A DNA stretch of 20,471 nucleotides, from the NCBI RefSeq assembly GCF_006345805.1, contig NW_021823961.1:1-20471 (forward strand). The letters run 5' to 3'. Below the pieces are notes generated by a model that saw only the letters and a program-made list of their open reading frames with translations, did not search any database and was not told where the DNA came from. Shown piece after piece: positions 1 through 11,130 of the stretch. The position numbers and the translations under genes are program-made. Source of the stretch: Octopus sinensis. Lineage: Eukaryota. The number at the start of each line of letters is the position of its first letter. Within the stretch, counting starts at the first letter, position 1.

Positions 1-404
1 GGTGTCTAATTTATTCGATTGTATAAGATCAATAATTATCGATACAAATTGGTTCTGTTGTATTCATTGAAATGAATACAATAACCACAGAAAATATATC
101 GTCCCCTAAAACTATACTGAATGGATCACTTCATTTAACAACCAGACATTGTTATCAAGGATGGAAAGTAAAATTATAGCATTTTATCGGTGTCTTCGTG
201 CTATAAAGCAATTTTTGGGTATCATACATAAGAAACTCAAGAGAAAAATAAATATAGAAACGGACAAAAATATCAAGTTGAAAAAATATCGAGCAGTCCA
301 CTCCACGCTAAAATAACACTTGCTCTGACTAACCAACTCACACGCACGCAGACTCATATACAGACGCGAGTCCATTTCGCATACAGATACGCATGTATTC
401 TTCT

Positions 405-444
405 GATATATATATATATATATATATAAATCCTTACACACCCC

Positions 445-481
<37 letters not shown>

Positions 482-644
482 ACACACACCACACACAACA
501 CACACACATACACACACACACACACATCTATTACAAGAAGTGACAAGTTCAAAAGGAAATATGTTTGGCTATTTAAAATAAAGAACTCAAAGATAATTCT
601 CGAAGAGCCACAGGCAAAACAAAATATATTTTGTCGGGCTGACG

Positions 645-687
<43 letters not shown>

Positions 688-703
688 ATGTATGTATATA
701 TAT
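405..703. repeat. (TA)n and (CA)n microsatellites (405-526, 648-703)
   Basis: Seen directly. Confidence 0.9.
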
Positions 704-1128
704 ACTCTTTTACTAGTTTCAGTCATTTGACTGCGACCATGCAGGAGCACCGCCTTTACTCGAACAAATCATCCTAAGACTTACTGTTTGTAAGCCTGGT
801 ACTTATTCTATCGGTCTCTTTTGCCGAACCGCTAAGTTACGGGGACGTAAACTCAATAACACCGGTAGTCAAGCAGTGGCGGGGTACAACCACAGACACA
901 AAGACACACGCACGCACGCACGCACACACACACACATACACACACACACACACACACAGACACACACATATACGACGGGCTTCTTTCAGTTTCCGCCTGC
1001 CAGATCCACTCATAAGGCTTTAGTTGGCCCAAGGCTATAGCAGAAGATACTTGCCCAACGTGCCACGCAGTGGGATTGAATTCGGAACTATGAGTCTAAG
1101 AAGTAAGCTTCTTACCGCACAGCTACAC
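703..1128 (-). mobile_element. tRNA-derived CORE-like SINE with internal (CA)n
   Basis: Minus-strand head with A/B-box-like motifs, then gggcaagtatcttct (CORE-like). Near-colinear with the copy at 18848-19245. Confidence 0.75.
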
Positions 1129-1384
1129 CAAATATATATTTGTTCGTATACAAGGGGAACAGATTTTTTATTGCATATTTTGTTAGAGATACGACTGTGT
1201 TCAAGTTTTATTTTTTGTTATAGTTTTTTCGTATTTTTTATCATTTTTATCAGGATTTTTTTATCATTTTTATCATGGTTTGGAACAATAAAGTTCCAAA
1301 ATTTATTATTCAAGGTTTCCAGATCTTCACACTCTCATTTTCATGAATTGATATACACTGGACGTCAGTATTTTTCTTTACACC

Positions 1385-1557
1385 GGTCGAATTCGTCTAG
1401 ACTGTCCTGACTGGTGTATCTTTTTTTTTTATCAACCCTGAAAAAGATGAACGGCAAAGATGACCTCGGCGGTACTTGAACTCAGAACGCAAAGAGCCGG
1501 AAGAAATGTGAAAAGCATTTTGTCCGACGACGAAAGATTCTGCCAGCTCCCCGCCTT
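1385..1557 (-). mobile_element. Nin/Deu-domain-like SINE, degenerate monomer
   Basis: ggcaaagatgacctcggcgg..ttgaactcagaacg...tctgccagctccccgcc is the reverse complement of the family at 7471. Confidence 0.7.
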
Positions 1558-1558
1558 A

Positions 1559-1618
<60 letters not shown>

Positions 1619-1644
1619 CCTTTTTTTAAAGAATTATTATTATT

Positions 1645-1812
1645 AGTTGATTAGTTGATTTCATCGACCCCAGTACTCAACTGGTACTTATTTTATCGAC
1701 CTCGAGTGAATGGAAGGCAAAGTCAACCTCTGTGGAATTTGTACTCAGAACGTAATGACAGACGAAATGTCGCATAGCATTTTGTCCGGCGTGCTAACGA
1801 TTTGTGACCGTG
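1645..1812 (-). mobile_element. Nin/Deu-domain-like SINE, degenerate monomer
   Basis: catcgaccccagtactcaactggtacttattttatcgac...ggcaaagtcaacctc, same family. Confidence 0.7.
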
Positions 1813-1813
1813 G

Positions 1814-1875
<62 letters not shown>

Positions 1876-1876
<1 letters not shown>

Positions 1877-2797
1877 TAATAATTAGGAACGAGGGAGTAT
1901 TGAAAGCAGAGAAAAAGGGTAAACAAAGGAAGAAGTACAAAAAGGACATGAAGAATAATTACGCAAGAAGGGATTTCACAATCAATTCCCTGTAGTCACA
2001 ACAGAAGTTGCTGGAAAAAATAGGTGGCATTGGCTGATGAAAGGAACCCTAAAATCAGACCGAGAGCACTATACTGGCAGCACAGGACCAAACTTTGGCC
2101 ATGAACTGAAGGGTCAACCTAAGGAATGAGCAAGTGTCTCTGCTGTGCCGCATCTGCAATAGAGTGGATGGAGCCATTGCCCATATCACAAACGAATGCC
2201 CCAAACTTGCCCAAGTTGTGGCGACACGATCAGGTAGCGAAAGTGCTACATTGGAAGCTGTGTGAAAAGTAGGGGCTAGAGAGAGGCAAGACGTGGTACG
2301 AGCACAAACCGCAGAGAGTAGCGGAGTAGGAGACTTGCACGATCCTCTGGGATTTCTCAATCCAAGCAGATCTGGTGTTAGAACATAACAAACCGGACCG
2401 AGTGGTGGTGGACAAGGTGCACCATATATGCTATATAGTTGACGCTGCATGCATCTTTGACCCACGAATAGTCAAGAAGGAAAGCGAAAAGATAGATAAA
2501 GACAACTCTCTTAAGTACGAAATATCCCGGCTCTGGAAAATGAAGAAGGTGAAGATAGTGCCAATTATTGTTGGGTCCTTGGGAACAGTATCAGAAGGCA
2601 TCAAGAGGAATATAAAGGAAATTGGAATAGAATGCCCAGTAGAACTGTTGCAAAAGGTTTGCCTTCTTGGCACGGCCAGAATAATCAGGAAAGTATTAGA
2701 TAGCTGAAAAGAACAGATAGCATGATACGGCAGGGAATAAGTCCGCTACGCATTCAAGGTTTCAGGAGTTTTAACAGAACCTGAATTAAAAAGAAAA
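1876..2797 (+). mobile_element. 5'-truncated, decayed R4/Dong-type non-LTR retrotransposon (CCHC knuckle + restriction-like endonuclease + 3' UTR)
   Basis: Translates LAAQDQ, CRIC-x8-H-x4-C (from 2146), frameshift, RHDQV..LHW, ILWDF.IQ, HNKPD, PIIVGSLG, LQK..LLGTARIIRKVL* (stop 2705-2707). In-frame TAG at 2270 and 2327. Flanked by TAA repeats. Confidence 0.88.
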
Positions 2798-2924
2798 ATA
2801 ATAATAGTAATAAAGCTAATAATATTTGGGTACAAGGGTAATAATTTGCAGGAGTAATAGATACCAATAATTCTAGTATTTGTCTGGTACTTTATTATTG
2901 ATACTAATGTTACTCGTAGGGAAT

Positions 2925-3130
2925 GGGTGATTAACAGTGTTGTTAGTGCGTCGAATAAAATGAATTGTGGTGGTCAACCGTTTCATGTCATTACGTTCTG
3001 AGTTAAATCTCGCCTTTGTTTTTCATCTTTTTCGAGGTTAATACAATAAGTGTGAATCAACTGCCAGCGTTGATGTTATCTTCTGACCTCTGACCCCCAG
3101 ATCTCAGGCATTTTGCCTTGGTTAGCAATC
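2925..3130 (+). mobile_element. Old Nin/Deu-like SINE monomer
   Basis: ttacgttctgagttaaatc...tttcatctttttcgagg...ttttgccttggttagcaa, diverged from the 7471 family. Confidence 0.55.
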
Positions 3131-3283
3131 AACAATCAAGCGACAAACGGTACCAATCTTTTATATAAAAGAAAAATCTTAAAACCGAGAGAGGAAACAA
3201 CAGCAACACCACTAATATTGATGAAAGCCACAATAATAATAATAATAGTAGTAGTAGTAATAATAATAATGATAATAATAATG

Positions 3284-3344
<61 letters not shown>

Positions 3345-3371
3345 TTATGAAAATAATAATAATGATAATGA

Positions 3372-3480
3372 TTTTCCAGACAGTAACCATCAGAGCATCA
3401 CAACAAATCACAGCACATACCCAAGGCACACAGACCTGCGCTCGGTAGTGAAGTGAAAGCACGCTATAAAAATAAAACTG

Positions 3481-3484
<4 letters not shown>
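3372..3484 (+). mobile_element. Probable 3' end of a TAA-targeting retroelement
   Basis: Complex ~110-bp island ending aataaaactgctg, running straight into (AAT)n and preceded by (AAT)n. Family call is inference. Confidence 0.4.
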
Positions 3485-3537
<53 letters not shown>

Positions 3538-3754
3538 TGTTTCTAATATATTCGCAAAACCTCCAATTTAACGAAGTGGAAGATGAGGTTGTGCCGTTCA
3601 TGCTTATTCGCATGGAGACATTGCAAGCTTATGTAGTCGTGAAACACCATCCATTAGGAATTAAAACTTAACCACAAACCCGGCTCGTCGGGACCCAAAG
3701 CATTGGACCTTAGCCTTAGTGATATTTGCTCTGACTTTTGCTCTGTTACCTTCT

Positions 3755-3897
3755 GGGTTCAGGGCCCGCCGAGGTCAAACTTTGATTTTTATCCTTTCTG
3801 GGACGACAAAACAAGGAACTAGCGAAGCACTGGGACCAGTTTAATCGACCAACATCACTTCTTTGAAATTTCAGGCTTTGTGCCTATACTAGCAACA
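3755..3897 (+). mobile_element. Old Nin/Deu-like SINE fragment
   Basis: cgccgaggtcaaactttgatttttatcctttctggg...aaatttcaggctttgtgcctatactag. Confidence 0.6.
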
Positions 3898-3951
<54 letters not shown>

Positions 3952-3966
3952 GTTATTATTATTATT

Positions 3967-4135
3967 CTATGTTTGACTTTTGCTTTATGTCTGTACAAGT
4001 TGGCTCCAAGTCTCACCCAGGGACCTCAGGAGACAACAGGTTGGAAGTTCACGTTGTTGTTATGCCTAGTGTGCCATATATTTGTTTTTTTTTTGTTTTG
4101 GTGTTGTACTAGTGAATGTCTAATACATAAATTAA
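3967..4135 (-). mobile_element. Probable 3' UTR of another TAA-targeting (Dong-like) retroelement
   Basis: Island between two (ATT)n tracts; the minus strand ends aaagcaaaagtcaaacatag-aataataa. Family call is inference. Confidence 0.4.
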
Positions 4136-4140
4136 AAAAA

Positions 4141-4178
<38 letters not shown>

Positions 4179-4442
4179 CATTAATTTTTTTTTATCTCGT
4201 TTTAAACATTTTCATGCAAATTTCTCCTGCACCACCGGGTACATACACCCGTATTGCTGAGGCTTAAGTAGCATTATGTTTTAGGAGGGGTTGGTGGCGG
4301 TGGTGTAGAATTGATTTTGAGAAATCTGTCTGGCTTTGTCTTAGAGTTTGTTTTTTTGTTTCTGTTGTTAATAATTCTTATTCCGTTTAAGTTCGCTTTG
4401 TTTGTTTTAAAGCGCTCCAAAATTGATTTCGATCTCGTAAAT

Positions 4443-4527
4443 TTTATTTTATTGATCTCGTCCATTATTTTGTATATTTTTAAAAATTCGTTTGTTTATT
4501 TTATTTTGCATTTTTAGTGTCTTTATT
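4443..4527 (-). promoter_or_regulatory. Candidate polyadenylation signals (AATAAA at 4522-4527, 4495-4500, 4443-4448) in the A-rich 3' UTR
   Basis: tttatt hexamers on the + strand shortly past the stop. The region is A-rich, so chance occurrence is likely. Confidence 0.25.
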
Positions 4528-4563
4528 TAATTTTTTTGTTTGATTGATTGTTTTTTATAATTT

Positions 4564-5754
4564 TCACGAGAGACTTTCAAGGATGGAAAAGCTCTGTTTC
4601 TTGGGGCCATCGGAACTGTCGCAGTTCTGGTAGTGGACAGATGGCAACAAGTTGTTTGTGTGAGTGCTCAACAGAAAATTGGAACAGCTGCACTTTTTGC
4701 AGTTTCCTGGTTGCTGCTGACCATTATTTCCGCTTCTAACCGAATCACCCGTTTCGATACGAAACTCGAAGTCTCTCGAAGAAGAAAGCAAAGCCAACCT
4801 TTCGCCCTGACCAATCCCCGTCGTTTCTCGTTGGTTCCTGTCATTATGCCATCGTCTAAAATGGTTCGGCGAGGTTTCGCCATTCTTGTTTCGATTTTTT
4901 TGACTGTCTTTGAATTCTTCAAGTAGTTTTGTTGATTCATCATTGGTGATGTTGTCCCCACCATTAATATTATAACTATATTCGTTTCCCGTTAATGTCC
5001 CATTATTTTCGCACATTTCTGTAGCAACGTTTAACAATCTTATTGATTCATCGCTTCCTCCATATACTTCACCATCACCTTCTTCCTCTCCTCTTTCATC
5101 TACTTCCTTCTTAAAGCTCTCCAAATCCTCCTTTATTTCTCTTTCATCTCTTAATTCTATTTCTTCTTCTTCATCTTCGTCTATTTCATTTTCTCTGCCT
5201 TCTTCCGTTTTTACGGTTTCTCCATCTTTGTCTTCTCCGTCTCTCGCATCTCTTTCATTTCTCTCAACTCCTCTGTTGTCGTCATCATCATCATCATTAT
5301 TATTATTATTATTATTATTATCATCATTGACTTCTTCATTCCGCTCCATTTCCTCTTCTTCTGGTAGTTCTTCGTCTTTCTCTTCGTCCTCTTCAGAGAA
5401 TCCAATTGAAGCGTACGTCAGCTTAGGAGCAGTTTGAGAAATTCTTGCTGGCATCCGGTTCTTGGTTCTACTGCTCTTGTGTTGCTGGTGATGCTGGTGG
5501 TGGTGGTGCCGGTGCTGGTGATGCTGATGCTGGTGCTGGTGATGGTTTTGGTGGTGATGTTGGGGTAGATTGTGGTGGGGCTGGGGGTGTGCATGCGAAT
5601 TAAGTTTTGTCACGCGGTCAGAACTTCTTACAAAAGATTTCGGCATTCGAACTTTTTTCGCCCCTCTATAGGGCAACGCCACTGGCATAATTACAGGCTC
5701 GGCGATAAGGGGACAATAGCAGCTAGGGATCTGAGATGACATGATTTCTTCGTC
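4564..5754 (-). CDS. ALK: Terminal coding exon of the ALK-like gene (396 aa + TGA; DEEIMSSQIP...ILESLS), low-complexity C-terminal tail
   Basis: Pyrimidine tract cctttattttcttctcgtttcag|GAC GAA GAA ATC, phase 0, continuous with the 392-aa ORF. DEEIMSSQIP parallels human DPDVINTALP. Further internal splicing cannot be excluded. Confidence 0.8.
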   Translation of the reverse strand, partial: DEEIMSSQIPSCYCPLIAEPVIMPVALPYRGAKKVRMPKSFVRSSDRVTKLNSHAHPQPHHNLPQHHHQNHHQHQHQHHQHRHHHHQHHQQHKSSRTKNRMPARISQTAPKLTYASIGFSEEDEEKDEELPEEEEMERNEEVNDDNNNNNNNNDDDDDDNRGVERNERDARDGEDKDGETVKTEEGRENEIDEDEEEEIELRDEREIKEDLESFKKEVDERGEEEGDGEVYGGSDESIRLLNVATEMCENNGTLTGNEYSYNINGGDNITNDESTKLLEEFKDSQKNRNKNGETSPNHFRRWHNDRNQRETTGIGQGERLALLSSSRDFEFRIETGDSVRSGNNGQQQPGNCKKCSCSNFLLSTHTNNLLPSVHYQNCDSSDGPKKQSFSILESLS

Positions 5755-5999
5755 CTGAAACGAGAAGAAAATAAAGGAAATGATATTAAATTTGGGCGAA
5801 AATTTCGTTTTCTTTTCTTAACATTGTTGACGTTTATCTCTACGTTTAGGGAGCCTATGATTAAAGGCCTTCCAGCCTTCCCCTTCCTGTCTTTTCTATG
5901 TCTTTTTGGGACCTCATTGTCCCCTATGAAATAGAGAAATAGCAATCGTCATGCTCTAGCCTTGCCCTTTTTTCCTGTGTCCGCATTCAAAATATACAG

Positions 6000-6727
6000 T
6001 CGTCCAACTTGTTAGTAACAGAAGTCGAAATCTCTTAAATTACACCACACTTCCTTAAGACAGGAAGGCAATATTTAAAAAAAAATGTAGTTCTACATAT
6101 ACAAACAAGTCGGAATGGTCACGGTTGGATTGATCGTGATTAAATGTTTGCTCAATCAGAGCTGATTTGGGACAGCAATACTAACAGCTACAACAGCTGG
6201 AAGAATGAGCGAGCTTGTATGTGGTCGTTCAGTTTGGTAGAAATAGCAGCCAGGTCTTCAAATTACACCTTTCTGTTTTAAAATAAAAAACACACTGGAC
6301 AAGGTAGTTCCTGATATTCAAAAAAAGATGGGGTGGTCATGGGATAGAACAACTTTGATCATAGACCTATTCAATTGGAGGTACATGGCCTAGTGGTTAG
6401 AGCAGCGGACTCGCGGTCGAGGGATCGTGGGTTCGAATCTCAGACCGGGCGATGGTGTGTGTTTATGAGCGAAACACCTAAACTCCACGCGGCTCCGGCA
6501 GAAAGTAATGGCGAACTTCTGCTGACTCTTTCACCACAACTTTCTCTCACTCATTCCTCCTGCATCTTGCAGCTCACCTGCGACGAACCGGTGTCCCGTC
6601 CAGGTGGGGAACCTATACGCCAAAAAAACCGGCAAACCGGCCCTTATGAGCCAAGCATGGCTCGAGAAGGAACAAACATAGACCTACTCAATCAGATATA
6701 CTTTGGGGCTAACAACAACAACAACAA
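6000..6727 (+). mobile_element. Two tandem diverged copies of an old ~200-bp interspersed repeat with (AAC)n tail; the second is split by a younger SINE
   Basis: aaattacacc / tggtca / ctcaatcaga blocks recur at 6038-6160 and 6261-6696. Related tgctagacatag(c/t)agc blocks at ~10383 and ~13806. Confidence 0.5.
6376..6676 (+). mobile_element. Full-length tRNA-derived SINE with 16-bp TSD
   Basis: A box TGGCCTAGTGG, B box GGTTCGAATCT. TSD catagacctattcaat (6360-6375) / catagacctactcaat (6677-6692). Confidence 0.88.
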
Positions 6728-7176
6728 CTGCAGTAGCAGCAGCAACAACAACAACAGCAGCAGGAGTTGCAACAACAGATTAACCGAGATTAAGTACTTG
6801 GAAAAAAATACAGTAATCTCTGATTAGTGTCTTTGATCCTGTTATTAGCCAATACGTGTGGGAATGTGAAGTATGGTCTTATAGCAGACGCGGCGTACCT
6901 AGGGCTATAATATAGCTCGGTCAGTATTGAGCCAGAGCTACACTGCAGCATCAGCGTCAGCATCAATAACAACAACTACGACAACAACGACAACTACAAC
7001 AATAGCAATATGGAAGTCATTGTAAAACTCTCGGCCAAAATACTCGGCCAAAAACTGGATAGAAACAGAAATAAAGATTGGTGATTGATGTACGGTTTCG
7101 TGGGATTGCAGGGATCGAATCCACCCGTCACAAGATAATGAACGAACGACAACAACAACAAAGGTGATTGACCTAC

Positions 7177-7267
7177 CTGTGAACATTTGGTGATGACTTC
7201 CATAATGATGTTGAAGTCAGGTCTTTCGTTGGCGTCACTGTTCCAACAGGACAACATCACTTCAAAT
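7177..7267 (-). CDS. ALK: ALK/LTK-family RTK, last kinase exon (91 bp; I-FEVMLSCWNSDANERPDFNIIMEVITKCSQ), equivalent to human exon 28
   Basis: ttctacag|A TTT GAA...TCA CAG|gtaggt. Subdomain XI CW...RPxF; ends in phase 0. Confidence 0.93.
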
Positions 7268-7470
7268 CTGTAGAATTCAAAGACAAAAATATAAAGAATC
7301 TGGTTAAGCATTTTTTCAACTTTGATTGTTCTTTTTACTCCTCTGTTAGGGAATTTACAATTCTAATCGTTATAATATACAGCATCAATGCTTTGATGTA
7401 GAAATCATTAATGTTGCGTACCTGCTGAGGACCTGTACGTTAACGAATGCAATATAATTTTGAACAGTTA

Positions 7471-8072
7471 AGGCGGCGAGCTGGCAGAAACGTTAGCACG
7501 CCGGGCGAAATGTGTAGCCGTATTTCGTCTGCTGCTACGTTCTGAGTTCAAATTCCGCCGAGGTCGACTTTGCCTTTCATCCATTCATGATCGATTAAAT
7601 ACGTACCAGTTACGCACTGGGGTCGATATAATCGACTTAATCCGTTTGTCTGTCCTCCTTTGTCCTCTCTGTGTTTAGCCCCTTGTGGGTAGTAAAGAAA
7701 TAGGTATTTCGCCTGTCTTTACGTTCTGAGTTCAAATTCCGCCAAGGTCGACTTTGCCTTTCATCCTTTCGGGGTCGATAAATTAAGTACTAGTTACGCA
7801 CTGGGGTCGATGTAATCAACTTAATCCGTTTGTCTGTCCTTGTTTGTCCCCTCTATATTTAGCCCCCTGTGGGCAATAAAGAAATAAGAAACGTTAGAAC
7901 GCCGGGCGGAATGCTTAGCGGTATCTCGTCTGCCTTTACGTTCTGAGTTCAAACTCCGCCCAGGTCGACTTTGCCTTTTATCCTTTCGGGATAAATTAAA
8001 TACTGGTTGTGTACTGGGATCGATCTAATCGACTGGCCCCAAAATTTCGGGCCTCGTGCCTAGAGTAGAAAA
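7471..8072 (+). mobile_element. Trimeric Nin/Deu-domain-like SINE
   Basis: Three units, each with gagttcaaa(t/c)tccgcc.aggtcgactttgccttt.atcc; ends gtgcctagagtagaaaa. The central block resembles the Nin/Deu SINE domain (from memory). Confidence 0.85.
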
Positions 8073-8082
8073 TATTTATTCA

Positions 8083-8360
8083 GGTGAGGCGTAAGGTCTG
8101 GTGGTTAGGGTGTTGTACTAACGATTGCAGCATAATGTTTTCGATTCCCGGACCGGGTGGTGCGTTGTGTTCTTGAGAAAAGCACTTTAGTTAACGTCAC
8201 CCTGCCTTCGTTTCAAAATCTGATGTATTGCACGCTGTGCTCCTCTGCAGGCAGCGTCGATTTGATGGAGTGGGGACAGATTGAGCTTATGTCGAGCACA
8301 AATATCTGGTCACATTAAACAAATCGTATGTGCAGGTAGATCAGCAAGAATTTGTGGAGC
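8083..8360 (+). mobile_element. Degenerate tRNA-derived SINE
   Basis: ggtggttaggg...ttcgattcccggaccggg..tgtgttcttgag matches the head of 17437-17777. The 3' boundary is approximate. Confidence 0.55.
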
Positions 8361-8824
8361 CCTCAACTGTTGTCCGCAACAGGGTTAGGGTTTACCACTT
8401 CAGTCCGGAAAAATATAACGTATATGACTTTGGCAGAATCTTCGAGATTAGTGGCGGGAAAAGAGGACATGGAACCACGATTTATGATTGCTGAAGTAGG
8501 AAGCAACCCCTCCTGCCGCCTCTACCGGCTTCCATGGTTGTGGTGTTAAACCGGGGGACGGAGGACACAAAAAGGACCAAGTGCTTGAAAATGGAGATGC
8601 GAACAATATGTAGCGGAAGAAGGAATTTCAAGAGTTTGTTTGCAGACCCTCCATAGATGTGTTTTTTTTAGGAATTCTCGCCGATTAATTCTGTCAGCAG
8701 TCATCGTTTGATTTAATTTTTCTCGAGTTCAAGGATTCATAAGACCGGTTATTCGGTTTCCGTGGTGTGGAAGTGGCCGAGATCACAATATTCCGCCTGA
8801 ACGGTACGCTGACCCGTTGCAGGG

Positions 8825-9004
8825 CCCAAGGTCGAGGCCAGCGATGTTTGATGGGTGAGGACATGTTGATTACATCGACCCCAGTACTTGACTGGCACTT
8901 TATTTTATCGACCCTGAAAGCAGGAAAGACAAATTCGAACTCGACGGTATTTGGACTAAGAACATTAAGAATGGAAGAAACGCTGCGAAGAATTTTGTTC
9001 GACA
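8825..9004 (-). mobile_element. Degenerate Nin/Deu-like SINE monomer
   Basis: gattacatcgaccccagtacttgactggcactttattttatcgaccc. Confidence 0.65.
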
Positions 9005-9008
9005 TGAT

Positions 9009-9022
9009 TGTGTGTGCGTGAT

Positions 9023-9079
<57 letters not shown>

Positions 9080-9128
9080 TGGTGTGTGTGTGTGTGTTGT
9101 GTGTGTGGTGTGTGTGTGTGTGTGTGTG
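9009..9128. repeat. (TG)n microsatellite
   Basis: Seen directly. Confidence 0.95.
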
Positions 9129-9172
9129 CGTGCTATCACAGGTAGAAGGTTGGATGTTGTAGAAGAGACTTA

Positions 9173-9340
<168 letters not shown>

Positions 9341-9357
9341 TCATATGAATGAATACA

Positions 9358-10315
9358 TCTCTCTCTATATAAAGCTAAAGTTGTCTGTGTATGGCAGGTT
9401 TGGTAGTCTTCAACTAGCACTATCTCCTCCGAGACCCTGCGGCGCAAGTTGACCAAAATTAAGAGTATGATAGAAGAAGGCTTGCTCTTCCTTCCGTAAA
9501 AGAAAAAATTCAAATCTGACCATGTTAACACCAAAAATTATTTACACCAAAAAGGTTTTTTTGTTCTATGAAAATCACTATTTTTTACGATTTTTTGACT
9601 GCTGTGTCGTCATTTTTCAGTGTATTTCAACCAGACTATTCTCTCTCTATATATAAAGCTGAAGTTGTCTGTGTGTATGGCAGATTTGGTAGCCTTCAAC
9701 TAACACTATCTCCTCCGAGACCCTGCGCGCAAGTTCACCAAAATTGAGAGTATGATAGAAGAAGGCTTGCTCTTTCTTCCGTAGAAGAAAATATTCAAAT
9801 CGGACCACGTTAAGACCAAAAATTATTTACATCAAAAAAGTGCTTTTTTTCTATGAAAATCCCTATTTTATACGATTTTTTGACTGCTGTGTCGTCATTT
9901 TTCGGTGTATTTAAACCAGACTATTCTCTCTCTATATAAAGCTGAAGTTGTCTGTGTATGGCAGGTTTGGTTGCCTTCAACTAACGCTATCTCCTCCGAG
10001 ACCCTGTGGTGCAAGTTCACCAAAATTAAGAGTATGATAGAAGAAGGCTTGCTCTTCCTTCCGTAGAAGAATAAATTCAAATCGGAGCATGTTAACACCA
10101 AAAATTATTTACATCAAAAAGGTGCATTTTTTCTATGAAAATCCCTATCTTTTACGATTTTTGACTGCTGTGTCACCATTTTTCGGTGTATTTCAACCAG
10201 AAAAATGTTCAATTAAAGAGAATAACAAGCTACATAATGCAAAATTTTTACTTTTCAAAAATTCCAATTCTAAAGGGTCGAAACAAACCCGAGCAACGCC
10301 GGGCGATACTGCTAG
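9358..10315 (+). mobile_element. Non-autonomous Helitron with three tandem ~283-bp 5' units
   Basis: A|TC 5' end (9357/9358), 3' hairpin CCCGaGC-aac-GCCGGG (10288-10303), CTAG|T end (10312-10316), no TSD. Units start at ~9358, ~9640, ~9925. Confidence 0.82.
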
Positions 10316-10656
10316 TAATCTTTAAGGTTAGGTAAATCCAACAACATTTAGGCAACGGGGGAATCTACGCGACCAATCGTTCTGCTAGACATAGCAGCCA
10401 AATCCATCACAAATCTTTCGTCTTAGCCCGTTAACATTCAGGATACCCTGTCAAATGCAATGCTTATCTATTCACGTTGTTTTGAATTAATCATGGATTA
10501 CCTCGTTGATTTCGATGGTTTGATTCTATAGTCTCAGAATATACAATTATAAAACAATCAGCTATTCTCCATGAAGTGGGTTGTGGGGTGACATGGCAGT
10601 CAAAAATCGATTCCGGTTGGATTAGAATTGGGAGAAATGAAGGCAAGTCATACTTA

Positions 10657-11088
<432 letters not shown>

Positions 11089-11130
11089 TTTGAAATTGGG
11101 TCACATTATGTAACCTGAAATAAGATAGAT

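Larger units (their letters stand above)
1557..4180. repeat. Cluster of (AAT)n/(ATT)n tracts: 1557-1616, 1814-1875, 3231-3372, 3484-3538, 3897-3966, 4141-4180
   Basis: Seen directly. Confidence 0.95.

Noticed and set aside
2375-2707. 110-aa ORF as a host gene
   Set aside because: It is the LINE endonuclease remnant, with upstream stops and a frameshift.
4564-5742. 392-aa ORF as a standalone gene
   Set aside because: An in-phase splice acceptor lies 12 nt upstream of its ATG and it continues the kinase frame, so it is the terminal ALK exon.
6376-6452. tRNA genes (also 17437-17515)
   Set aside because: A/B boxes are present, but the sequences continue into SINE bodies without a proper acceptor stem, and one has a TSD.
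9358-10200. CRISPR-like array
   Set aside because: Units are ~283 bp with no unique spacers and no cas genes; the context is eukaryotic and Helitron termini explain it.
10423-10625. Possible decayed TTAA-type MITE
   Set aside because: The left end (ttagcccgttaacattcag) is suggestive, but I could not find a matching right TIR or TSD.
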